The notes under the pieces are model-generated. The model was not told the DNA's origin. It made no database searches and saw nothing but the letters and a program-made list of their open reading frames with translations. Position numbers and translations under genes: made by a program. DNA of 64,000 nt from Nitrospirota bacterium (GTDB taxonomy: Bacteria > Nitrospirota > Nitrospiria > Nitrospirales > NS-4): contig CAWBGA010000001.1 in the NCBI GenBank assembly GCA_963788195.1, positions 96,001 through 160,000 of the forward strand, given 5' to 3'. Of the stretch, positions 20,960 to 32,248 are shown in pieces. Every line of letters begins with the position of its first letter. Within the stretch, counting starts at the first letter, position 1.

Positions 20960-22228
20960 ATGAAACCGAAAAAGATGGTCAGGAAGGATGTGCTGGACAA
21001 CGGAGTCCGCCTGGTGACCGAGCAGGTGAAGTCTGTACGATCGGTCTCGATCGGTATCTGGGTCGATGTCGGCTCCCGGGATGAGCGTCAGGGCGAAGAA
21101 GGCCTGTCGCATTTCATCGAGCACATGGTGTTTAAGGGGACACGCCGGCGAAGTGCGGAAACTATTTCGCGTGAGATCGATGCGCTGGGAGGCGAGCTCA
21201 ATGCGTTCACCTCGCGTGAAGGCACGACCTTCTACTCCACAGTTCTGGACGAGTACGTCAAAGAGGGCATCGATCTTTTGGCGGACATCTTCCACCATTC
21301 CCGATTCGATGCGCGAGAACTGACTAAGGAGAAACGGGTCGTCCTCGAGGAGATTCGTATGGTCGAGGACGATCCCGAAGAACACCTCCACGATCTGCAT
21401 ACCGAGAATGTCTTTGGAGAGCATCCGCTCGGCCGGCCCATTCTCGGGAAAGTCGCGACGATCCAAGGACTTCAACGAAAAAAAGTGCTGTCCTACCGGT
21501 CCCGGTTTTATCGTCCGTCTCAGATTGTGATTGCCGTCGCTGGAAACTTCTCTCACGGGCCGGTACTCAAGCAGATCGGCGCGGCCTTCGGAGGTGAGAT
21601 GGGGGAAAGGCACTCTCCCCCCGCCCGCATTCCCCCCAGCATCGGCGGCGGCGTCCATGTGCGGCCCAAGTCATTGGAGCAGGCCCATCTTTGTATAGGG
21701 CTGAAAGGGGTATCGCAATCGGACAAGGACCGGTACGCGGCGTACCTTCTCAACGCGATCTTGGGCGGCGGTGTCAGCTCACGTCTGTTTCAGGAGGTGC
21801 GGGAAAAACGTGGGCTGGCCTATGCGATCCATTCCTCTCTCGTGTGCTTCGTGGACAGCGGTCTGTTCACGGTGTATGCCGGCACCCGCCCCGAGGCGGC
21901 CCCAAAGGTTCTAGCAGTCGTGCTCTCGGAACTGCGACGACTGAAAAAGACCCCGGTCGGGCGGGCGGAACTTGCCCGTGCCAAATCCCAACTCAAGGGG
22001 AATCTCATGCTTGGCCTTGAAACCTCGAGCAGCCGGATGGGCAAGGCAGCCAAGGATGAGCTGTACTTCGGGAGGGATATCAGCTGCGAGGAGATCATGG
22101 CGGATATTGACCGGGTCTCCCTTGAACAACTGTGGCGGCTGAGCGGCGATTTGCTGGACGATCGCTACCTGACCGTCACCGCGCTCGGTCCTGTCAAGAA
22201 AGGTGCGCTGGAGTCAATCCTTAAGTAA
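20960..22228 (+). CDS. M16 family zinc peptidase
   Basis: HFIEH (HxxEH) motif, SSRLFQEVREKRGLAY. Confidence 0.92.
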   Translation: MKPKKMVRKDVLDNGVRLVTEQVKSVRSVSIGIWVDVGSRDERQGEEGLSHFIEHMVFKGTRRRSAETISREIDALGGELNAFTSREGTTFYSTVLDEYVKEGIDLLADIFHHSRFDARELTKEKRVVLEEIRMVEDDPEEHLHDLHTENVFGEHPLGRPILGKVATIQGLQRKKVLSYRSRFYRPSQIVIAVAGNFSHGPVLKQIGAAFGGEMGERHSPPARIPPSIGGGVHVRPKSLEQAHLCIGLKGVSQSDKDRYAAYLLNAILGGGVSSRLFQEVREKRGLAYAIHSSLVCFVDSGLFTVYAGTRPEAAPKVLAVVLSELRRLKKTPVGRAELARAKSQLKGNLMLGLETSSSRMGKAAKDELYFGRDISCEEIMADIDRVSLEQLWRLSGDLLDDRYLTVTALGPVKKGALESILK

Positions 22229-22232
22229 CGAG

Positions 22233-22628
22233 ATGCAAACCCTTGACGTTCATCAGCCGGGGATTCCGGATCTGCAATTTGTCCTCATGGTGCTGGCCTT
22301 ATGCAGCTCGGATCTTGAAACGCTTAATATCCCCCCTCCCGTACGGCGAAGCGTTTTTGACCGATGCTGGGCCATGCTCTACGATACGCCCCCTCCGCTT
22401 GCACGAGAAGAACGTGTGCTGGATCTTCGGCAGGGAGACGAACAGGCGCTCCATGCGATGGTCGCGGTGATTCGGACCGCCTTCAGTGAATGCGGCATTA
22501 CAAAACTAGTGTGGGACCACCCTCCGAGCGAGCCTTCCCAGGAGAGTACGCCCGCGGCACGTCCCTTGGTCGAACGCCTCCAGCAGCTCTACCCTGCTCC
22601 TGTGGACCCCACAGATCACGCCTCGTAG
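22233..22628 (+). CDS. Hypothetical protein
   Basis: ORF directly after M16 gene with normal codon usage. Confidence 0.6.
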   Translation: MQTLDVHQPGIPDLQFVLMVLALCSSDLETLNIPPPVRRSVFDRCWAMLYDTPPPLAREERVLDLRQGDEQALHAMVAVIRTAFSECGITKLVWDHPPSEPSQESTPAARPLVERLQQLYPAPVDPTDHAS

Positions 22629-22686
22629 GGAAACAGGCCGCAGTCTCCTGAGAATCTAGGTGCAGTCACGATAACGCGCTGGTCTC

Positions 22687-22715
22687 TTGCCATGCTCTCG
22701 AGCCTTGTCTATAGT
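22687..22715 (+). promoter_or_regulatory. Putative sigma70 promoter of two-component operon
   Basis: TTGCCA-N17-TATAGT. Confidence 0.6.
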
Positions 22716-22771
22716 GGCAACGGTGCCGCCGGTCCCCGGATCGCGGCCACAACGCGGGTCAGGAGTGGCCG

Positions 22772-24799
22772 ATGGGCATGCGTTGGGCACAAGGCGGTCT
22801 TCAGAAAAAATTTGTCGCCTCCCTCCTGATCGTCGGATTCGCTCCGGGGATTGTCGCGTTGTTCGCCACATATCTCTACAGTACGCAAGCGCTCAAGAAC
22901 GCCATCGGCGACAGCTTCCAACAGATCGCAGCAGCGACCGCCCGCCGAATCGAGATCATGTTGGATGATGAGATCGACAACGCCCGGCATTTGGGCGCGG
23001 CCCCGCATATCGTCCGCGCTTCGGTGAACGCGGCCAATGCGTCGTACGCCGCAGACTCATCCGCCTTGCAGCGGCAATTACAAGAACGAAATCGGCGCTG
23101 GGAAAAATTCCGAGCGGGCGAGGGGCTGGCCCCGGAATTTATAAATCGCGGGACACTGCTGTATCTGCAAGCATGGGCCGACATCCGACGGGGCACGTAT
23201 CAAAATATCCTGCTCACGGATGAGCGCGGAGCCTTGATCTCCAGCCTGTTTCCCGATGTCGGGTTTCTCCATCGAGAGAATGTATGGTGGGAGCAGGCGT
23301 TTGGCGGAGGAGCCGGAGGCACGTATATCAGCGATTTCTATGAGCACAGCCCGGGCGTGTATCTTTTGGACATTGCCGTGCCGGTCCTCAATGAGGAGGG
23401 GACGCAAGCGATCGGCGTCGTCAAGTTGGTCCTGAAGCGTGACAACCTGATGAAAGCCATCATGGATATCCGTGTCGGGGAGCGCGGTCACGGGATGTTG
23501 CTCAACACCGAGGGCACGCCGTTGATCTGTCCGGTGCTGCCCCCCAAGGCGCATCTGATCAACGATGCGCTGATGCATCAATTGATGCGGTCTAAACCGG
23601 GATGGGTGATCGCCGAGGACGATGCCCATGGGGGGCATAACTCGATCGTCGGTTACGCACCGATCCGCTTTGCGCACCTTCTTTCAGCGGCGAGTCTTGG
23701 CGGCAATGAGTGGTATGCGTTTGTCCGGCAAGATCCTGCCGAAACCTACGCGCCCGTCTACACCCTGCTTCGTGTGGTCGGCATGATCGGGTTCGGGATG
23801 GTGATCGTGCTCGCATCCCTGGGGTTCTATGTGGGCCGCCTGATCGTAAAACCCATCGTTCTTTTGCAGGAGCAGGCGGACGCGATCCGTCGCGATGTCA
23901 GCGATCTGGCCTCCGTCGGCCGGTTCGACCGCGGCTTGCGCGAGACCACGAACCGCCGGGTCGTGATTCGGACCGGAGATGAGCTGGAATCCTTGGCATC
24001 CGCGTTCAATCAGATGGCGGAGACTCTGGAGGAGAGCCTTAAGAGAATCCACGATCAAGAGGGCGAGTTATTACGCAAGGAGAAGCTCGCCTCCGTCGGG
24101 CAGTTGCTGGCGGCGCTGGCGCATGATATTAAAAACCCCCTGGGCGTGGTTCGAAGTTCGGCGCAGCTGGTGATGGACGATCACCAGCCTGACTCGGTCA
24201 AGCGCGAGGTGGCGCAGTATGTGATCGACGAGGTGGACCGGCTGACAAATCGGATTAATCATTTCCTGCGGTTCGCACGACAGATGCCCCCGGACCTGCG
24301 GCCCGTTTTGGCGAAAGTTCTGATTGACGCCGCGGTGTATGAATGGCGTGCGCTGGACAAGGGCGATAGGATAAAGGTGCTGATTGACGTCACCGGCGGT
24401 CTAGCGGAGCTGCTCGTGGATCCGGATCAGGTGAAAGAAGCATTGGTCAATCTCATGGTGAACGCCTCCGAGGCCATGTCCGCCGGAGGCACGCTCAGGC
24501 TGTTTGCGCAGGAGGTTCAGGCGAGCGGGGGACCCGCGATGATTGAGCTGCGCGTGGTCGATACCGGCACCGGCATCAGCACGGAGCATCTCCAGCATAT
24601 CTACGATCCCTTCTTCACGACAAAGGAATATGGAACAGGGTTGGGTTTGACCAATGCCAAGAGGTTGGTTGAGAACAATGGAGGGCAGATGCTCATTGAC
24701 AGTGCCGAGGGCCGGGGGACTGAAGTGGTTCTCCGCTTCCCGGCGGTTGTTCGGGCCGGCAGGCAGAAGGAGGAGGTGTGCCTGAATCGACCATCCTGA
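22772..24799 (+). CDS. Membrane sensor histidine kinase (periplasmic Cache-like, HAMP, HisKA, HATPase)
   Basis: Two TM helices, AHDIKNPL, DTGTGI, PFFTTK, GTGLGL. Confidence 0.93.
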   Translation: MGMRWAQGGLQKKFVASLLIVGFAPGIVALFATYLYSTQALKNAIGDSFQQIAAATARRIEIMLDDEIDNARHLGAAPHIVRASVNAANASYAADSSALQRQLQERNRRWEKFRAGEGLAPEFINRGTLLYLQAWADIRRGTYQNILLTDERGALISSLFPDVGFLHRENVWWEQAFGGGAGGTYISDFYEHSPGVYLLDIAVPVLNEEGTQAIGVVKLVLKRDNLMKAIMDIRVGERGHGMLLNTEGTPLICPVLPPKAHLINDALMHQLMRSKPGWVIAEDDAHGGHNSIVGYAPIRFAHLLSAASLGGNEWYAFVRQDPAETYAPVYTLLRVVGMIGFGMVIVLASLGFYVGRLIVKPIVLLQEQADAIRRDVSDLASVGRFDRGLRETTNRRVVIRTGDELESLASAFNQMAETLEESLKRIHDQEGELLRKEKLASVGQLLAALAHDIKNPLGVVRSSAQLVMDDHQPDSVKREVAQYVIDEVDRLTNRINHFLRFARQMPPDLRPVLAKVLIDAAVYEWRALDKGDRIKVLIDVTGGLAELLVDPDQVKEALVNLMVNASEAMSAGGTLRLFAQEVQASGGPAMIELRVVDTGTGISTEHLQHIYDPFFTTKEYGTGLGLTNAKRLVENNGGQMLIDSAEGRGTEVVLRFPAVVRAGRQKEEVCLNRPS

Positions 24800-26160
24800 T
24801 CATCGAGGACGAAGAGCGGATGCGCCGGATTTTAGATCTTGTTCTTCGGGCCGAAGGCTATCGCTTGGTGTTGGCCGATTCGGGCGAGCAAGGTATCAAA
24901 TGGATAGACGAGGGAGGCATCGATCTGGTGCTCACGGACGTCCAAATGGGCCGAACCGGCGGCTTTGATGTGTTGGACCATGTCGCCAGGGAATGGCCGG
25001 AACTGCCCGTGATCATCATTACGGGGTTCGGCACCGTCAAGTCGGCCGTCGAAGCGATCAAGAAGGGGGCATTCGACTATATCAGCAAGCCGGTGGACAA
25101 CGAGGAATTAAAAATCACCGTTAAGCGGGCGCTCGATATGCGGCGCCTGAAACAGGAGAACCGCGGGCTCAGCCAGGAACTGCAGGGCCAGTTTGGGTTT
25201 GACAATATTGTCGGACAGTCTCCGGAGTTGCAAAAGATCAAAGCGCTGGCCCGCGACATCGCAGTGACAGATTCGACGGTGCTGATCAGTGGCGAGAGTG
25301 GAACCGGCAAGGAATTGCTGGCGCGAGCGATTCATTATGCCAGCCCACGGAGCGGCGGGCCTATGGTGGCCATCAACTGCGCGGCGATTCCAGAGCATCT
25401 GCTCGAATCGGAACTGTTTGGCTATGAAAAGGGCGCCTTCACGGACGCCAAGAAGGCCAAGCCGGGACGTTTTCTCCTCGCCCAGCGGGGAATGCTGTTC
25501 CTCGACGAGATCGGCGAGATGAGCATGCCGACCCAAGCAAAGCTGTTGCGCGTGCTCGAGGATCGCCTGGTTGAGCCGCTCGGCGGACTCAAAGGCATCA
25601 AGGTGGACCTGCGGCTTGCGGTGGCGACCAACCGCGATTTGAGAGATCTTGTGCAGAAAGGCAAGTTCCGGGAAGACCTTTTTTATCGTATCAGCGTGTG
25701 TCCGCTGCATCTGCCACCCCTACGGGAACGTCACGGGGACATTCCGGTGCTGCTCGAACATTTGCTCGCGCGTTATAACAGGGAGCGAGGTTTGCGGATC
25801 TCAGGCTTCACCCCGGAGGCATTGAAGCTTGTTGCGAACTATTCATGGCCGGGAAACATTCGAGAGTTTCAAAATATGGTTGAATGGGTGACGATCACGT
25901 GCAAGGGCACCCGCGTCGATATCGACAACCTTCCCGCTTATCTGTCGACCACCAGAGAATCTCCTCCGGACAGCGAGCTGCCCTCGCTCCTTTCCTATGG
26001 TCTTTCCGTTGAAGAAGTTGAGAAAGTCATGCTCCAGGAGGCTCTGGGGCGATCGAAAGGGAATGTCTCCGAAGCCGCCCGGCTTCTCAAAGTGACCCGC
26101 AACACACTTCGTTACCGTATGGGGAAATATAACCTCAAGATCTCGGAGCGGCCTTCCTAG
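24778..26160 (+). CDS. Sigma54-dependent NtrC-family response regulator
   Basis: REC domain, GESGTGKE, GAFTDA, WPGNIRE, Fis-type HTH. Confidence 0.95.
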   Translation: MPESTILIIEDEERMRRILDLVLRAEGYRLVLADSGEQGIKWIDEGGIDLVLTDVQMGRTGGFDVLDHVAREWPELPVIIITGFGTVKSAVEAIKKGAFDYISKPVDNEELKITVKRALDMRRLKQENRGLSQELQGQFGFDNIVGQSPELQKIKALARDIAVTDSTVLISGESGTGKELLARAIHYASPRSGGPMVAINCAAIPEHLLESELFGYEKGAFTDAKKAKPGRFLLAQRGMLFLDEIGEMSMPTQAKLLRVLEDRLVEPLGGLKGIKVDLRLAVATNRDLRDLVQKGKFREDLFYRISVCPLHLPPLRERHGDIPVLLEHLLARYNRERGLRISGFTPEALKLVANYSWPGNIREFQNMVEWVTITCKGTRVDIDNLPAYLSTTRESPPDSELPSLLSYGLSVEEVEKVMLQEALGRSKGNVSEAARLLKVTRNTLRYRMGKYNLKISERPS

Positions 26161-26245
26161 GAGATTCTAAGCCAAACATTGTGTTCTCTGCGTCCTCTCA
26201 GTATCATAACTCATACAATCGAAGCCGCGTCGAGGAGGCCGTCAA

Positions 26246-27526
26246 GTGCTGTGGCGCAACAAGGGAAATCGATCCTCCAAAAAACTGGTCTGTTCGTTTT
26301 GTGGGAAGTCCACGACGGACGCGACAAGCCTCATTGAAAGCCCCGCAGCCTATCCGTGCGATTCCTGCCATGCGGTCACCACATTGTGGATCTGTAGCGA
26401 GTGCGTGATTCGCTGCCAAAGCGTCGTGCAGCAAGGTGTGGGCCCCGAGGGATTGTCCACGCCGCCTTCTTTTAAGCTGCTGAACCCGCCGGCGATCAAG
26501 CGGATCCTTGATGACTATGTCATCGGCCAGGACAAGGCGAAAAAGGTTCTCTCCGTCGCGGTACACAATCACTACCGGCGCCTTCAAAGCAATGCTCGCG
26601 GCGGCGATGTGGAATTACAAAAGGGGAACGTCTTCCTGATCGGCCCCACCGGGACAGGCAAGACCCTCCTGTGCCAAACGCTGGCACGAATCCTGGAAGT
26701 GCCGTTCGCAATTGCCGATGCCACGACGCTGACGGAGGCTGGCTACGTCGGGGAGGACGTGGAAAACGTCGTCCTCAAGCTTTTGCAGGCTGCTGATTTC
26801 GATGTCGCTCGAGCGCAGACCGGGATCATTTACATCGATGAGATCGATAAAATCAGTCGAAAATCGGAATCCGCCTCAATTACCCGTGATGTATCCGGGG
26901 AAGGCGTACAGCAGGCGCTCTTGAAGCTCGTCGAGGGAACGACGTGCAGTGTGCCGCCGAAAGGCGGCCGCAAGCATCCCGAACAGGATCTCATCAAGAT
27001 CGATACGGCCAGTATTCTCTTCATTTGCGGCGGCGCGTTCGTGGGTCTCGATCATATTGTACGACGACGGACGCTGGAGCGTTCGATGGGGTTTGGGGCG
27101 GATGTGAGGCCCGCGAACGATGGGAATCTGGGAGAGCTACTCGCCCAAGTGCAGCCCGAGGATCTGGTTCGCTTCGGGCTCATTCCGGAGTTCGTCGGGC
27201 GCTTTCCTGTGCTCGCCGCCCTGTCGGAATTGGATGCGCCCGACCTTGTGCGTATTCTCACGGAGCCCAGGAATGCGCTGTTCAAACAATATCAGACCAT
27301 GTTCGCGTTGGAAGGTGTCGACCTGATATTTACGGACCAGGCTGTACAGGCGGTGGCCAGGCGCGCGGTGAGCCTACGAACCGGGGCTCGCGCCCTTCGC
27401 GCGATCATGGAGGACGTCATGCTGGATCTGATGTATGAAGTCCCGGCCAATGCACAGATACGAACCGTAACCATCACAGAGGACGTGATTGATGGGCGTA
27501 GCGCCCCTGAGATCCTGACCGGCTAG
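26246..27526 (+). CDS. clpX: ClpX AAA+ unfoldase (variant zinc-binding domain)
   Basis: [40 protein letters not shown]. Confidence 0.93.
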   Translation: MLWRNKGNRSSKKLVCSFCGKSTTDATSLIESPAAYPCDSCHAVTTLWICSECVIRCQSVVQQGVGPEGLSTPPSFKLLNPPAIKRILDDYVIGQDKAKKVLSVAVHNHYRRLQSNARGGDVELQKGNVFLIGPTGTGKTLLCQTLARILEVPFAIADATTLTEAGYVGEDVENVVLKLLQAADFDVARAQTGIIYIDEIDKISRKSESASITRDVSGEGVQQALLKLVEGTTCSVPPKGGRKHPEQDLIKIDTASILFICGGAFVGLDHIVRRRTLERSMGFGADVRPANDGNLGELLAQVQPEDLVRFGLIPEFVGRFPVLAALSELDAPDLVRILTEPRNALFKQYQTMFALEGVDLIFTDQAVQAVARRAVSLRTGARALRAIMEDVMLDLMYEVPANAQIRTVTITEDVIDGRSAPEILTG

Positions 27527-27544
27527 GGTCTGAATCGAGGAACA

Positions 27545-28256
27545 GTGTCAACAAGCCGTGCCAATGTATTGATTGTCGAAGATGAACCAAAGCTCGCGCG
27601 GGCGATTGCCTGGTACCTGAGCCCTCGAGGATATGCGGTACGTACAGCAGCAAATGGGGCGGAAGCTCTCGAGTCCGTTTCTGCGGACCGCCCCGATGTC
27701 ATCGTCGCGGACATCATGATGCCTGTCATGGATGGTTACACCTTATGTCGGCGCCTGCGGTCTGATCCCGGTTCCTGCACGATCCCGTTTCTTTTCCTGA
27801 CAGCCAAGGATGAAGACCTCGACCGTATCCACGGTCTTAAGATCGGCGCAGACGACTATCTGGCGAAGCCCTGCGATTTGGAAGAAATCCATATTCGGAT
27901 CCAAGCATTGCTAGCTCGGGTAGCAAGCTGCTCGCCAGATGCCACTGGATAACATCCGGATGTCCGGGCAGCTGGCGGAGGCCGAGTTGATGGACTTGAT
28001 CCAGGGGCTTGAGATGTACCAGCAGACGGGCGCGCTGCTCCTCAAACATGACGGCGAGTCTGGCGTGTTGTATTTTAAAGAGGGACGAATCGTCGGGGCG
28101 GAATTGGGCACCGATGATGGTCAGGAGCCTCTGTTTTCGTTGCTTGCCTGGAAGGTTGGAACCTATGTCTTTGTCCCCGGCGTTGACAATGAAGCGGTCC
28201 GTTTAACAGCCGGAATTGCCAACGTTTTAATGAGCCATGTGGATGATAAAAGATGA
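27545..28256 (+). CDS. Response regulator with DUF4388-like output domain (+1 frameshift near 27925)
   Basis: REC (DIMMPVMDG, GADDYLAKP) continuing into SGQL...LMDLIQ.L....TG.L...G.LYF..G.IV.A. Confidence 0.8.
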
Positions 28257-28302
28257 GCATTATCATTATATTAGATACATGTAGGGTGTATCCAAAATTC
28301 CC

Positions 28303-28331
28303 TTGACAAAAAAAAGGGCCTCTAGTAGCAT
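28303..28331 (+). promoter_or_regulatory. Putative sigma70 promoter of exported-protein pair
   Basis: TTGACA-N17-TAGCAT. Confidence 0.7.
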
Positions 28332-28401
28332 CCGTCCCCACTGAAGGTCTTACGAGTCTGTCATTCGATGATAAAAGCTTAATATCAAGGAGGGAGCCAG
28401 C

Positions 28402-28848
28402 ATGAAACGAGGTGTCATCATTGCTGTAGTCTTTGCCCTGTTTATAATCGGTGCCTGGCCGATGGATCAGGCGTCAGCTGAAGTCTTGAAAGGCCGGATA
28501 TGGTCGGCTTGGGCCGAGAATCCTGATAATGAAGTGCTTTTCGGCATCCAGTACTGGAACACCGGCGCCCCGGGTTCTGGAACGCCCGGCGGGCGTACTT
28601 CGTCTACGACGACAGAAACGCCGGATGGGTATGCCGCTGGGGGAGCGTGGGGATTCCAAGGCGGCCCTGAGAAGAATGCTCCTTATTCCGGCTGGTACCA
28701 CGCGCAGACCACCGTGCGCCTGGCGGTGAAAGACAAGGCATTGATGGACCAGATGATGAAGGCGAATCAGGAAATCGTGAACATGGAGGTGAACGTCGAG
28801 GATGTCGGCGGCCGGCCCACAATTACAGCATTTAAGGTACTAAAGTAA
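28402..28848 (+). CDS. Exported protein of unknown function
   Basis: Sec signal peptide (ASA-E), RBS AAGGAGG. Confidence 0.85.
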   Translation: MKRGVIIAVVFALFIIGAWPMDQASAEVLKGRIWSAWAENPDNEVLFGIQYWNTGAPGSGTPGGRTSSTTTETPDGYAAGGAWGFQGGPEKNAPYSGWYHAQTTVRLAVKDKALMDQMMKANQEIVNMEVNVEDVGGRPTITAFKVLK

Positions 28849-28887
28849 TTTTATCGCTAAATTTTTCTCTACGAAGGAGGGAGTCTG

Positions 28888-29532
28888 ATGAAGGCTTATT
28901 TCAAACTACTGGCGATAAGCGGCGCAGTCCTGCTGACGGGCGCAGCCGGTATTGCCCTGGCGATTGAGGCTTTCTCGGAGCGGTTTGAGGAGGACTTCAG
29001 CACGCCAAAGACGATTTTGGCCCGCGTCATCATCGTCGATCCGTACGAAGACGCCGTGTGGGTCAACTGGACATGGAAGGGCGTTCGCAACAGCGGCGAG
29101 ATCGATCAGTTCTGGGGCAAGATGCTTCCGGGCAAGAATATGCGCGTCTATGCTTCCGGCAAGGATCTCGAGGCTCTGAAGTCGAAGGCGCGGCCAGCGC
29201 CGGGACCCGCAGCCGCCGAGAAAGTCGCGCCCGGCACCAACGCGGATGTGGTGGAAATGGTCGTGCAGGAAGTAGAGCAGAACAAGCGTGTCGCGACAAA
29301 TGTTAAGAACGTCGATGCTAAGCTCTGGGCGGGAATGATGCCGGTCACGCAGGGATCCTCCCCCGGGCTTTCTCCCGTCGCGATGAAGGGTCAGCCAGGG
29401 TTCCCGGAGATGAAGTCTGAATGCGGAAAGGGGACTCCGGTGCCAGCCGACGTATTGGGTGCGGATTTGCCCGGCGGCACCACGAAACCCAGTAAGGCGA
29501 ACGTTCGGTTTAAAGACTATAAGGGCTGCTAA
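28888..29532 (+). CDS. Exported protein of unknown function
   Basis: Signal peptide (ALA-I), RBS AAGGAGG, two C-terminal Cys. Confidence 0.85.
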   Translation: MKAYFKLLAISGAVLLTGAAGIALAIEAFSERFEEDFSTPKTILARVIIVDPYEDAVWVNWTWKGVRNSGEIDQFWGKMLPGKNMRVYASGKDLEALKSKARPAPGPAAAEKVAPGTNADVVEMVVQEVEQNKRVATNVKNVDAKLWAGMMPVTQGSSPGLSPVAMKGQPGFPEMKSECGKGTPVPADVLGADLPGGTTKPSKANVRFKDYKGC

Positions 29533-29561
29533 AACCTCATTTATCAGGCTGACAAGCCGTA

Positions 29562-29600
29562 GAAAGGGCGGCAGGCTGACAAGCCCGCCGCCCTTTTTTT
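29562..29600 (+). terminator. Intrinsic terminator (probably bidirectional)
   Basis: AAAGGGCGGCAGGCT-GACA-AGCCCGCCGCCC-TTTTTTT. Confidence 0.85.
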
Positions 29601-29631
29601 GTCCCCTAGTATCTTCCGAACAAAGCTTCGG

Positions 29632-32248
29632 TTATTCAGCCTCCTCGTGTTGTAAACGCTCTTTCAACTCCGAAAGTTTGTTCAGCGCTTCCAGCGGCGT
29701 CATCTTGAAAAGATCCATCTGACGTACTTCATTCAGGATTGGATGCGCGGGAGGCAGGGTTGGATCAATCTCTGATTGAAGGCTTGGCGGTCCCTCCCCC
29801 GTCAGCCTTATCCTCGCTGCTCATGCCGCTTTCTAAGCGGGCCAACACCTCCTGCGCGCGCGCTATAATAGGGCGCGGAATGCCGGCCAGGCGGGCTACG
29901 TGGAGGCCATAGCTGCGATCGCTGCCGCCTTCGACGATCTTACGCAAGAAGAGGATTTCGTCGCCTCGCTCGCGAACCGCGACATTATAGTTGCGGACGC
30001 CCGGGTGGGTGTTCGCAAGCTCCGTGAGTTCATGGTAGTGAGTCGCGAAGAGCGTTCGCGCGCCGATCCGTGCGGGATCGGCGAGGGCTTCGGCCACTGA
30101 CCACGCAAGACTGAGGCCGTCGAAGGTGCTGGTCCCGCGGCCGATTTCATCCAAAAGAATGAGGCTTCGGGCGGTCGCATGATGAAGGATGTTGGCTGTC
30201 TCGGTCATTTCCACCATGAATGTGCTGTGACCCTCAAGCAAATTATCGGAAGCCCCGACACGCGTGAAGATACGGTCAACGGCCCCGATGACGGCGGCTT
30301 TGGCCGGAACAAAGGAGCCGATCTGGGCCAGTAACACGATCAACGCGGTCTGCCGTAGATATGTGCTCTTTCCGGCCATGTTTGGGCCGGTGATGATAAG
30401 CAGACGATGGGTGGGACCCCCGAGTTGGACGTCATTCGGAATAAAGCCCCCTGGCAGCCGTTCTTGTTCCAGGACCGGATGGCGGCCATCCTTGATGACC
30501 AGTCGATCGTCGGAGGTCAGCTCCGGCCGACAGTAGCCGTGGTCCGAAGCCACGAGGGCCAGCGATATCACGACATCGAGGGCCGCGAGCACCTGCGCGA
30601 GCTGTTGAATGCGCGGGGCGGCTGTTGCCGCAGTGCCGCGGAGCGAATCAAACAGTTGGAACTCCAAGGTGCGAATGCGTTCTTCGGCCCCCATGACCGT
30701 GTCTTCAAGGGTTTTCAGTTCCTGAGTCGTATAACGCTCGGCATTTGCCAGGGTCTGTTTGCGAGTGTAATGGTTGGGAACCCGCGCCAGGTTTGTGTTT
30801 GTAATTTCGATGTAATAGCCGAATACCTGGTTGTAGCGGATTTTCAATGACTCGATACCGGTTGTCTCGCGCTCTCGGAGCTCAATCTGTGCGATCCATG
30901 CTTTCCCATCCCGCCTGATGACTCTTAAGTCATCAAGCGCGGAATCGTAGCCATCACGGATGAGGCCGCCTTCTTTCACAGACGCAGGCGCGTCAGCCCG
31001 GATGGCGTGTTCAATTTTCGTGGCCAGTTCGGCCAGGTCATCCCATCGCTCATGGCGACGTTTCAGAAAAGGCGCGGTGCAAGCCGCTAGTTGCTCATTG
31101 ATATGGGGAACAGAGGCGATAGAATCCTTCAGCGCCAGCAGATCGCGCGCGTTTGCTCCCCCGAGGACGACTCGAGTCGTGAGACGCTCAAGGTCCGCAA
31201 CAGATTTTAGACTCGTGCGGAGCCTGCTCCGCCGCTCGAAGTCGCCATGCAACTCAGCGACCGCTTCTTGGCGTTCCAGGATGGGAGCGACTTCCGTCAG
31301 GGGATGTAGGACCCATGAGCGTAACAGGCGAGCGCCCATGGCCGTCATCGTTCGGTCGAGCGCGCTCAACAGCGATCCTTCGGGACGACTATCGATGGAC
31401 CTTCGCACGAGCTCAAGGTTACGTTGAGTAGCCCGATCGAGCGCCATGATCGGTCCCCCGCCTTGCATCGAGAGTTTCGCGACATGTGATAAGGGCATCC
31501 CCGGTTGTGTGTCTTTGACGTACTTGAGAAGCGCTCCGGCCGCGTTGACGACAAGGGACTTCTCATCGCATCCGAATCCCGACAGAGAAGCCACCTGGAA
31601 TTGCTCCAACAGCAGGGCCCTAGAAAACTCGCGATCAAATATCGTCGAGTCGGCTGAAGTGATGGCAGGAGAGAATCCCTGGAAAAGGTGTCGTAGTCGC
31701 TCGAAGTGATCTACAGGCACCAAGAGCTCACGGGGCTCGATCCGGATAAGCTCGTCCCGCAAGCGGTCTTCCCATTCGCCCATCAGTTCCAAGGCCCGAA
31801 AGTCGCCCGTTGAGAGATCCAGCCAAGCCAGCCCCGCGCCTTCTACGGCCGGACACAATGCTGCTAAAAAGTTCGGCTCTGCCGCGGTGAGGAGGTCAGA
31901 TTCAATCAAGGTTCCAGGTGTATAGATCCGGACGACTTCGCGGCGTACCAAACCTTTCGCTAGGCGCGGATCTTCCACCTGCTCACACATGGCGACAGAG
32001 CGGCCGGCCTTGAGAAGCTTCACCAGATAACCAGCGGCTGCATGGTACGGTACGCCGCAGAGGGGAACTTGATCGGTCTTATTTTTGTCGCGAGACGTCA
32101 GCGCGATCTCTAACAACCGCGAGCCTTCCACGGCGTCCTCGTAAAACATTTCATAAAAGTCGCCCACGCGAAAGAAGAGGAATGCGTCGGGATGGCGCTG
32201 TTTCAACTCGCGATACTGCCGCATAAGCGGCGTCAAGTCAGAGGACAT
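29632..32248 (-). CDS. mutS: DNA mismatch repair protein MutS (+1 frameshift near 29790)
   Basis: TPLMRQY, GDFYEMF, GPNMAGKST, DEIGRGT; shifted C-terminus MTPLEALNKL ends at 29632. Confidence 0.96.

Noticed and set aside
29545..29584. 14-bp direct repeat CAGGCTGACAAGCC as a target-site duplication
   Set aside because: Only 12 bp lie between the copies, one is part of the terminator, and no element is present.
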